From assembly GCA_013265495.1 (NCBI GenBank), contig MU059293.1, positions 496,001-560,000 on the forward strand: a stretch of DNA of 64,000 bases. Reading direction: 5' to 3'. The position numbers were made by a program, and so were the translations under genes. The number at the start of each line of letters is the position of its first letter. The stretch's first letter is position 1. The notes under the pieces were generated by a model, which was not told where the DNA came from, searched no databases, and saw only the letters and a list, made by a program, of their open reading frames with translations. Source of the DNA: Vicugna vicugna (Eukaryota). Below are positions 34,921 through 45,650 of the stretch, piece after piece.

Positions 34921-37900
34921 TACATAAGTCAAGGACCATGGTTCTTACGTCTTTATGTGGGAATATTCATAAATCCCTTGAGTTCAACTCCAATAAGGAG
35001 GAGGAATGCACCCAGGGAAATTGTAGGCTGAAGTCTGGAATGCAGATAGTATAGGATGTTACTGGTCTGAAATGGAAAGCCTTAATGTATTATTGAGTTT
35101 TACAAACCAATTCTTGGAAAACAGATTCCCTAAGTCTTTCCCAGCTTTCAGATGGGATGTAAAACTAGAAGCCTTAACCTTTACTTGTGGTTGTCTGAAA
35201 ATCTACCCTATTTTTCTTAGGAAGGCAAGCAGTTGCCTTAACACCTTGGCCAGATTCCCAACATGCACAGGGTGGCCCATTTAAAACAGGCCCATGGATG
35301 CTTCAGAGTGAGGAAAGGGGTTTGTTGTAAAGCGCCATGTGTATGTGGGTGTTTAATGAATATGAGCTGATTAAATTGGCCACCCTGAATTATAACCTCA
35401 TACCTTCTGCAGTTCCTCTCCGGTTTTTAGCTTGAGACGATGTTCTTCCTACTTTTCTGCCCAAACTTGTTAGGCAGAAATGCTACCACTATTAAAACTG
35501 CTTGCGCTTTCCATCCAAGGTTTCTTTGTTTCAGTGGTGAGCAAAAGAATCTCTCCTTGGAAAGAGCTCTCTTATAAATGGCTCGCCCAGCTGCAGTGAT
35601 GTTCTGCATCAGCCACACCCACATCACCTCCCCTTCAAACCTTCTCGCCTCCATCTGCTTCCCTGTCTCTGGGCTAACACAATGCCAGTATCTGTCTGGA
35701 GCAGATAGTGAGCTCTGCCACAAACAGAGGAGGCCTTGTCTAAAGAAGGAAAAAGCTCTGCTCTAGAAATCAGGTGACCTGGGCTTCTGGCTTGCTTTTG
35801 CTAATAGCCATCTGTGTGGTTTAAGGGACTCACTTTGTCTTTCACAGGCCTGAGCTCCTTCATCCATAAAAAAAGAAAGAGTGAGACAAAAATCAGTATT
35901 TCTCAAAATCGTGGGCTGTGGATACTTGGCGTCTCCAACTTTTTTTTTTTAAAGATTCTTTTTCATTATAAAGACAATGCTTTGCAATTAAAAGATATTT
36001 TCAAAAAATAAATTTTAAGTTTTCTAAGTTATTGATCCTGGAACTCAGCCTAAGGTCTCCTAGAAGTTTTTAAATGTGTTTGGGGCATCTCAGATAATTG
36101 TTCCCCCTTAAAAGTGGTCCATATATCATTACAGTTTGAGAAACACTGGATGATTTCCATATCTTCATAAACTGGATACAGAGGTGGGACAGAATATTAG
36201 CTTTAACTTTCTTATCCTCATCTTCCTCGACCTAGTGACTTTTGGACCACCCCAATATGTTTGAGCCTGTGAGTAAATAGGTTGCTTTGATTTTCATAAC
36301 TGAAATAGCCCCTGTTTTCAATCCCTATATATTAATTTATAAAGGGCATGTTTCTTCCAATAGCCACTTCTCTTTCCCTTTAAAAGACTCAGACTCAGAT
36401 GAATCTGAATCTACTGGTGACTGACCTGGTCGAGACCACCTTCCTCTCTAAAGGCTTCTGTGTTGACTGAAGTGAAGAAATGAGCTCCTCTCATGTGTAA
36501 CTTCAAGCCTGAGCAATCACAGCACAAGTTTAGGTACGCCTTCCACCTGCACGGTATACACAGGGCCTTCTTTCAGGTACCTTATCTTTTGTGAGTCTCA
36601 GTGCAACCTCGTTTTGTAAATAAACAAGTAGAACAAGAGCCCCATGTTACTGATGAAGGCACTCGGGTCCAGAGAGTTGTATGTTCTGAGTTTACTTGTT
36701 CTTCACAACAATGCTTCTTCATCCAGGAACAGCACCCGAGTTATACTGTGTAGCTATTGTTTGCCATGTTGTGCTGTTCCACTGTGGTTTGTTCCGGGAA
36801 ATCCTAAGTGGAGCTTCTCATTCAAGGATAGACTAATATTGCCAGGTTTATTCAGCCTGACATAAGTCACATGACATTATTTACTAAGAGACCTAGCTGG
36901 TCTCACCCAACCCAGTTCCTGGTACATAGAAATTACTCAATAAGTATTTATTGGATGATGAGTGAATAGATGAATAAATCTTTAAAAAAAATCATCCTTT
37001 CAATAAAAATTTATACATAGGGGATATTTTTTTGCTGCTGAGATTTTTGCCAACATTTTTTCAAGTTCTGAGTCAATAGGATTTGCTCAAAGACTGCCAA
37101 GTGCTCTAAAGGGAGAAGGACAAGGAATTACTGAGAGAGAGGTGGCCTGGTAGGTCAGCAGAGGAAATACACTTTCTGGCTTTATCGCCCTTCCTGTCTG
37201 TGATCGGTCTCCTAGGCCTCAGGGTGGATATGGGAGATGGTGTCCCTTCATCTGCCTGGAGGTGACTAAAATTCTCACTTCCACCATCGGGAGAGGAGAG
37301 AAATGATGGAGGTGTGTGTGAAGAGTACATGGAAAGGCAGATAAATGTAACCAAGTTAGAAGGTTAGGATGGAGAACAGAAAAGTTGGTGGGAAGACAAC
37401 TTCTGTGGTCAGAATGGAAAGGGGAGACGTGTTTTGTCTGCTTCTTCCATAGTGTGGTTTGGCTGCCTTCCCTTCACTTCCCAGGAGAACTATCAGTGAC
37501 CAGGGACATCACGTTTCAATCAAGGCAGCCCTTGCTGGGCTGGGAAGCTAGGCTCCCACGGGTGTGGTGAAGTTACAGCAGGCTGAGGAGGGAGGCTGCT
37601 GGTCACAGAGGGATCCGCTCACCCTCTTTTGCCGATGGCGGCTGCCGTGGTGTCTATAAATGTCTAGTGTGTACTCACACACTCATAAATGCTAGTTATT
37701 GTACGATTACATTGTCTGTGAAAGTGGATTGCCTGGAAATGTGATTCCACTTCATTTTTTATATACTCATTGTTCCTGGAACCACTTCCTGAAATTCCAG
37801 GCTTTTATTTTGCTCTCATTCTCTTAAATTGCCTCTTTCTTAAAGCCCCAGGGTTCTGGAGATGTTCTTATGCTGAAGTGTGCTTCTAAGTCGCTTCTGG

Positions 37901-39471
37901 GAACTAGGCAGAATTGTCTGGCTCCGGTTGGCCAATGAGGAGGTGACTTTCCCTCCCAGTTACCCCCCTCTGACTGGGGTTGTGGGTCGTATTGAAAAGC
38001 TAAGGATGTGAGGGGACCAAAGTGAAACTGCAGAGTATATCCACCAGCCAAACTGAAACACACATGATTAACTGACCGCACACATGGTCTTGGAATGACA
38101 TCTCACTTGGGGAGTCAAAGCCAAGGATTGTGGCTGGTGCCCCAGCAGGCCCCAGATGGTAAGAGTTAATACACACCTATGCTTTCTGCCAGGTAGTTTT
38201 CATCAGTTTCCTCAGGATGTCAGTGTGTGTGTATAATTAAGAGTATTTAATCATATTATAATTCCCTGCAGAGAGCTGGAGTGGAGGATGGAGTAGGGAA
38301 TCATTGGCTTTTACAATCTCCGCGAGAGTCGTCAATTGAAAAAGAAACTAAGTTTCTAAGAAACTGAGAAAAGCCAACACACACAACCCTATCTGCATTG
38401 TAACTCACCCAGATTCAGGCCGGCACCACCATCCCGTGTCATGTCAGTGAAAACGTAATCCCAATCCTTTTGTTGCCATCTCAGGGTTTTGGTGTTAGGT
38501 TAAAATACTTGGATTGCAGGAGGAAAACTGTGTTCTAATCCTCCCTCCACCAAGGCCACATTCATGGAAACCCACAGGCAGCAACCTTCAGTTTGAGAGA
38601 GTAGTGAGTCCAGTCTTGTGAAAATAAATGAGGTGGGCATGTCAGTTATTGTAAGTTAGGTCTGATCAACAGAGTGAGATTAGCCAGCATCTATTGTTAG
38701 GCTTCTAAATTAAAAGAGCAGAACCTAAGCCATGAAGTCATTTTTAGGTTTATTTAAAACCCCTCTTTTTCCAATTTCCCTTTATATTCTCTTTCCTTCA
38801 TTCTGTCAAATCACCAGATTTAGATGCTAGGCGTGATTTCTTATTTTGAATGAGGAAACCCAGTCCCATTGATGGTAAGTGACTGTTACGATCACGCAGC
38901 CAGTTAGCTAGTTAGAATCTGGCCCCCCAGAATTCTAGTCTTCCCGCTTTACCAGAGAATCACCCCTGGGAAATAGATTTTTACCTATTCCTTAGAAGAA
39001 TTGTGCCAATGTGAGCTTCTCGTAAAACAATACTGATTTATTTCCTAATTCTCTTAAACTGATCGTGTTGAATCCCTGTTTAAATGCCATAAACTAGAGT
39101 TTTCCTGTAATCAGTTTTGAAAACCATTTCTTCATTCACTCACTGAATGGATAGCTATCGCAGATGACACTTTGTCAGGCACTCTGCAAAGTCCAGTCCC
39201 ACAAGAACTCAGAACTTACCTTTAAATGCTACTCAGTATATATAGTTGATTTGCTCACCACTGGGAATGAAATTGAGATTTCGAGGTTGTATTCCTCTAT
39301 CTGGCTTTCACTTGGACCAGCCAGATGGACTAGCATGAATATATCCTGGTTATTGGTTCGGTATGTTGATAGGATGTGAAGGTGCCATAGTTAAAGCTTA
39401 AAAGGACTCCTGGGGACAAGTGGAAGAAGCAACAGCAGCAACCACCACCACCTCTTGTTGCATCATTGGCG

Positions 39472-39479
39472 TGACGTCA
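39472..39479. promoter_or_regulatory. Full palindromic CRE
   Basis: TGACGTCA with intact CpG, next to an inverted CCAAT (ATTGG 39465-39469). Confidence 0.4.
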
Positions 39480-39868
39480 TGCATCTGCTTCAGCCCAGCC
39501 CTGATGGTCTGCAGACGCAGACCACTGTGCTTTCTAATACCAGTGGCCTTGTTCATATGCGTTATACTCCTTTAGTTTACTCCAATCCTTCTTTCTAGAT
39601 AAGAAACCAACTGGAAAAAAGAACCAAGTAATTCTTAATTTGCTCTTAAATTTCTCCTCATTGGAAGCAATCAGTGCCTCTTATCATTTGGTGATGATTC
39701 TTCTTCAGTATTTTAGTCTCTCTGGATGCTTATGAGTTGGATTCTTACTGAGTAAGATAAAAATGTATATTACAAGCTAATTGTTTAACTTTTCGAAGCC
39801 GTGAGATTATAATGTCTCCCATTCAAGCTTTTTCAGAATTTTTAGCTCTACCATGTGTACCGATGTAC

Positions 39869-40069
39869 CAGTTGTTCACAGCCCCGGGTGAGGTTGCCAC
39901 CCGAGGGGACATTTGGCAGCATCTAAAGTCATCTTGTTTATAACAACTAGAGGGGGGTGCTTCTGCAGGAGATTAAACACCCCACAGTGCACAAGACAGC
40001 GTCCACAGCCGGGACTTACCCTGCCCAAGATGTCAGCAGCAATGAGGCTTCAGAGACGGAGAAACCCTG
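39869..40069 (+). mobile_element. MER20 (hAT-Charlie)
   Basis: CAGTTGTTCACAGCC...GGGGACATTTGGCAGCATCT...CCTGCCCAAGATGTCAG...GAGAAACCCTG. Confidence 0.85.
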
Positions 40070-42089
40070 TAGCATACAGTGCGGGAAGTGTAACTGAACT
40101 GCGTGCTGATCACTCACCAGTTTCACTTCTTCAGGGTATCCTCCTCTTTTTACAAGGGTGTTGTGTCTCGTTACTTCCCGTAAAAGACAGCTGACCCTTA
40201 GGGTTGGAAAGTGTGTTCCACAATGAAGTTCCACTTCTAAAAAGGTTGCATTTGGTTCCCTCAGAGTGTTACTCTCCGTACCCACTGTTCAAGGTCTCCA
40301 CCAGCATATTTTGCTGCCCCTAATCATCAGGCGAATGATCAAGGGTAGAATATAAATATTTCCTTGGACATCCTTTGGTCTACAGTTGACCCTGCTGGCT
40401 GGTAAGCTGTAGATCCTTACAGCCAATCACTTTTACTGTTTCACCCAAGACCCTGTTCTAAGAAGACAGAGGTGAGCAGGTAGCCCCCAGAAGGTCATGG
40501 GTGGGGAGGTTTGCAGTATGGGTGAGAGTGAGGAGTGTACTTTCTGCTTACAGGCTTCTTTCTCAGTGTCCCTGTTTAGGTATATGGCCTATGAATAATT
40601 CAGTGACTGCTTAAGTTTCTTCTCACGAGTCAGCTTTTCACTTTGCAAAAGCAAAACCCATTTGCATCAGTGAAGTTTAAATAATTTTTTTCAGTTGCTT
40701 GTTACCTTATTGAATGGAATAAATACAAGAAATAGGTAGAATAGGAGGGAGGCAGGGGGAACATTTACAAAAATGAGTAAGTCAATTTTTTTTAAACTTC
40801 TTTTTCTTTCTGAAGATCTTCTGTTGTTTACATTTTGGAATTTTATTATTAAAGACATCATGATTAAAAGGAACCAATTTTCAAAAGTCTGAGGCAGGAT
40901 TTTCCAAGATTGCTCTGTCCCGGCTGGCCACAGTGCCAGGTGAGTCTCTGAGCAGCTGGCACAGTAATACCACCTGGGAACCATGACCGTGGGAAGAGAA
41001 GCAGAAAAAAAAACCCAAACCGTAAAAGAGGTCAGGAGTGGTAAATAACTTGTAAAGCAGTTGTTCGCCCCTCAAAGCGGCAAGGTTGGCCTGTCTGGTC
41101 TAAGCATGCACGGGCATCATTTGTCACATGTGATACGTACTTATGAAGGAAACTGTTCCACAGTCTATAGTTCTAACCAAAGGAAACTTATTTTGGGGTC
41201 AGAATAAAAGTTTCCTTTTCTTGTTTTCATCCCCAGGTTGTAAGTTATACCCTATTTTAGCATTCTTGTCTGTGGGTGACGGTCCTATTTAGAAAGCAGT
41301 GTTCCAGCTCTTTTCCATGCAGGATGGTTTCACTGTGGCCGTGATCTTCCGAGGTGGACAGAGAGGGCTGAGCAGGGTTAGGCAGCATGAGGACAGAGAA
41401 GAGGCTAGTGGGAACGCACTGCAGACAGAGATGGGGGAGTTAAGTCACTGCCATCGCCATCTGTCTCTGTTTTGCCAACTCATTAGCTCGGACACCACAT
41501 TGTGTTAATCCCCACTTCCCCTGGCGATGAGCTTGATCCAGGTCTCCAGGGAATAGTGGGACTGCCCAGCCGGACTCACCCGTCAGCTGGGCCTCCGCCT
41601 CCTGCCATAGGCAGCTTGCCAAGCCTGCCGCCCTTTTCTGCTCCTTCACATTGAGGTGAAGCCTTCCCTCAGCCCCCACAACAGAAAAGGAGGTTTCTGG
41701 ACTTAGCTCATTCTTCCAAAAGACTCTTCCAGCCAGTGGGATCGATTTTGGCCTTTCCTCCACCAGCACCCCTTCCCTCCTAGCACCCTCTCAAGGCAAC
41801 TCCAATTTCAGGCTGCCCACCTTGGAAGCTTGACGGCACAGTGTACCATCAGCCAAATGCTCTTGCATCCTTTCGGAAAATGCTGATGGCACAAGAGCCC
41901 ATCAGGCAGCTAAGAATGGATGAGTCCTAATTTGCTCCCCAGGACAATAGTCAGGAGGCCATGTCTTACATCTGGTCCTAATCTAGCATTAAGAACATCC
42001 AATGATGACACATAGGGCACTTTCTGAGAATAGTTGTTGAGGAATGTCATTGTCTCTGCTGACAAGCTGGTTGGGATATGCAAATCATT

Positions 42090-42420
42090 TCTATTGACTT
42101 ATTTTGACCACTCTGGCCCTTGGTTTTCTCATCTGTGAAAGGGGTTTTTGTGAAGTCTTTTCCAGCTCTAAAAATGGAAGTATGCTGTACAATTTACTAA
42201 TATTGCTTGATAGTGTTCTAGGCATTTAACATACATGAACTCATTTAATGGTATCTGTGAGATGGATATCATTGCTGTCTCTGCTTTACAGATGAGGAAA
42301 CCGAGGCACTGAGATGAAATAGTTTGTCCAAAGGGAAGCAGCTAATAAGTGACAGAGCTAGAATTGAAGCCCAGAGAGTGGCTCCAGAGTCTGTGCTTTT
42401 AGCCATTTCCTGTGGTCACT
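42090..42420. mobile_element. MIR copies (plus fragment, then minus copy)
   Basis: TTTCTCATCTGTGAAAGG; CTGCTTTACAGATGAGGAAACCGAGGCACTGAGA. Confidence 0.75.
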
Positions 42421-43654
42421 TAATGTGGTCCCTTCACCCCTTCATCTGCTCTATTTCCTCAACACTCTTTCCAGAATTTGCAAGTTCTTCAGCTGTGCTC
42501 TCTTCAAAAACCTAGGGCATTATACCTTGACAGTTACTGTTGCCCCCTTTTTAAAAAAAATGGAAACTGAGATAAAAGCAGGGGCTTACATTAAGGCCAC
42601 ACATAAGCTACTGGCAGAAACCAGGAGTCCCGCTCTCCTGCCGGGGGCTCCATCTGCTAAGTGTCTCTCCCACTCATCACGTGCAGAAAATTTGAATATT
42701 GGAAGTTAAGTGTTCTTTGACCTGCTTAACCCTTTCAGCCAGGGCCAATCAGAAACAGCTCCGTAGACAATTGGGTTAAGTTCCCAACTCAAATGATGAA
42801 TGATCTATGCAGGATATCAAGCATTTACAAGTCTATGACTCATACAGATGGAGCAACAGCATACCATTCCCCATTCCTCTCCTTGGCGTAAGCCACCCGC
42901 TAAATATCCCACACCTCTCTGGATGGCAGGAGGTACAGCTAATTCTGCAGCCTTCCTCCCACGTTCAATCCACGGAATTTTAACAGCAGGAGATGACGGA
43001 GAGCTTGCTCTTTTGGGTCCTCTTTGCTCTGATTGTGCCTAGCACTCCTTTGGCCATTACTGTCTCCTCCAGACTCCCTGAACTGCATGTGCCTTTAGCA
43101 TTAGAGGTTTTGAAAGCCAATCCAGAACGCCTCTTCATGGAATTCTCTCTCTCCTCATCCCAGAAGGGATTTCCTATCAAGCAGTGGGAAGGTGATTGTT
43201 TTTGCCTCTCATTTAGTGCTGCCTTTCCAACTTGCTGGCACTAATTGTCTGCACTGACATCCCAGGGACAGGGACCGCGTTTGCAACTTAGGATGCCCAG
43301 AGACTGGTTCATGACGTGGAAAAATTGGAATCAAGATGAAACTGTACATTCACTGATAGCATCTCTCCTGTTCAGGTCTGGACCTATAGCAGAATGGAAG
43401 ACAATACTGAAATACCAAATGTATTTATGGCATTTAAATCACAAAGCAATTTAAGCACTAGTAATCAGGGATGGCTGCTGCTTTTTCCTCAGTGAATTTA
43501 AACTATTGACCCATTCCCCGCAAACTCCAGTTCCGCGTTTAACTGAAGACACACAGAAATAAATGTGTGTTGGCAGGAAGACAAACCCTGAGATGAAGCA
43601 GGAGGTATGTTGGCTGATAAAAAGGCTGTTATTTTCATTTCTTTTACATTGCAG

Positions 43655-43678
43655 CAGTCTCAGATGGATGGTATCCAG
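43655..43678 (+). other. Candidate frame-preserving microexon (24 nt, or 21 nt via NAGNAG)
   Basis: TTATTTTCATTTCTTTTACATTGCAG|CAG acceptor, CAG|GTAACT donor, open in all three frames. Confidence 0.4.
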
Positions 43679-44148
43679 GTAACTTGTAGCGCCTGCACCT
43701 TATTAAACTCCTGTTTGATTCACAGTTTACAGGTAAAATGCACCTGGAATACTTCAAGCTGGAATTAGACTTTGGTTCATTTGTTCTCAAAAGAGATGTA
43801 CAAATTGATTGTGCAACCTACAGCAAGTAACAGAAAAACTTTCAGAATCGAATTTTTGTTAATAACTTTGTTTCCTGATTTACAAATTCAGTAATGCTGA
43901 TTTAGTGTCAACTAGTTGACAGAAATTGTGCCTCTAAAGCAGGATGCACCCGTGGGCATGTTTTTTCTAGATTTATCTCTGTTAGTTAGGACTCTCTTTA
44001 CTGCATGTGACAGAAACCATACTTGAAATAGCTTAAGCAGAAAGTGGAAATTATCATAAGGATACTGGCATATCTATAGAAACTAAAGACTAGGACATTA
44101 GCTGATTTCAGGAACAGATGGAACCAGTGTTAAACACAATCAAGTCAG

Positions 44149-44170
44149 TCTCTCTCTCTCTCTCAAGCAT

Positions 44171-44200
<30 letters not shown>
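44149..44200 (+). repeat. Compound (TC)8...(AC)13 microsatellite
   Basis: Direct reading. Confidence 0.95.
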
Positions 44201-44201
<1 letters not shown>

Positions 44202-44254
44202 ACCCTGTTCATGTTTTCTAAAAGAACTTCCACCAAATGGATATCCCCCTAGAA

Positions 44255-44551
44255 CTGCACTGTTGATAAATACTCACTAGATATGTGTGGCTATTAAGTA
44301 CTTGAAATATGCTGTGAGTATAAAATACACACTGGGCTTCAAAGACTTACTATCAAGAAAAATAATGTAAAAAATGTTAATTTTCATATTGATTACATGT
44401 TGAAATGATAGTGTTTCGGATGTGTTGTGCTAAGTAAAATATACTGTTGACATTAATTTTACTTTTTTCTTTTGTTTTTTTTTTTAATGTGGCTACTAGA
44501 AAATTTTAAAGTACATTTGTGGGCCGCATTATATTTTTATTGGACAGTGCT
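44255..44551 (-). mobile_element. MER33 (hAT-Charlie)
   Basis: TGTGGCTATTAAGTACTTGAAAT...AATGTGGCTACTAGAAAATTTTAAA...ATATTTTTATTGGACAGTGCT matches the MER33 reverse complement. Confidence 0.85.
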
Positions 44552-45334
44552 TTTCTAAATGGCTTTACCAAAAGTCTACAGCAATACAAATCTCTCTATT
44601 GCTTAGTTAGCCTGACTTGGCTTACTTGAGATCCCTGAAGGGACAACCAGAGACACAAATCACTAAATACATACCATGCTACTCCGTCTTTTTCCTTTCC
44701 CTTTACCATTCATGGTAACTTCTACTTGAGCTGTAACAGTTTCTTCTTTTTGAAAGTAAATTTATACACTCACTCACTTCAAAAATACTTATTGAGCCTC
44801 TGTTCTCTGCCAGGACTTGCATTAGGCACTGGGGATACGAGGTCCTGACCTCCACAGAGCCTCTCCTCTAGCAAATTTTTAGCCACTTTTCACTTGTTTT
44901 CATGAATACAAGCTCAGTTCAGGAAGTGCACCTCCCAGTGTAGCTGCGTCTGGTCCAGGCTGATTCATCAGGCCTTCTAGTGAGCCTGAGTCAAATGCAA
45001 ACCTGGATTTCCAGAGTCACCATCAATACGGTGTGGTCAAGGGAGATGAGAGGGACACTGATAGACACAAATCAGGACCTTCGTGATGTGAATTTGTGTT
45101 TCTCTTCCGGCTTTCACAGAATCAGGTTCTAGAGCCCCTTTCTCAGAGATGGAGCTGAGGGGATACTTGTAGTCTCCTCCTTGTGGTCGCCACTACCCAA
45201 AGGAGACGACTGTATACCTGAAAGTGCAGTTTGATATACCCCTCCGCCACCCCAAATATAGTAGTCGTTTCTCTAGACTTTTTGACAGTATATGTGAGGA
45301 GGCACATGGATGAAGGTTTAGTTTGGTTTGGTTT

Positions 45335-45650
45335 GATTTTTATTTAAGTAACTTTAAAAATGAAGTATAACACAAACAAAAAAGTATACATATCGTAAGT
45401 GTACAACTCTGTGAACTTTCTCGGCGAACACACGTGTATAACCAACACCCAAATTAAGAAATATTAATGTACCCTCCTCGTTTCTGTCCCTATCCTATCC
45501 CCCTCAGCTTCCCCCTGCCCCAAACATAGACTAGTTTTGCCTATATTTAAACTTCATATAAATGAAATCATATCGTAGGTTTTCTTTGGTAATGCTTTAT
45601 TTTGCTCAACATTTCATTTATAAAATTTATCCATGTTGCTGTATGTACCA
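45335..45650 (-). mobile_element. Old L1M 3' fragment
   Basis: TAAGTGTACAACTCTGTGAACTTT...TTTTGCCTATATTTAAACTTCATATAAATGAAATCATA...ATCCATGTTGCTGTATG. Confidence 0.75.

Larger units (their letters stand above)
43978..44700 (-). mobile_element. MLT1-like LTR interrupted by microsatellites and MER33
   Basis: Begins TGTTAGTTAGGACTCTCTTTACTGCATGTGACAGAAACC, the reverse complement of the MLT1 3' end. Confidence 0.6.

Noticed and set aside
43589-43600. 12-nt identity to the 5' end of miR-143-3p (TGAGATGAAGCA)
   Set aside because: No hairpin and the rest diverges; 12-mer hits to some miRNA are expected in 64 kb
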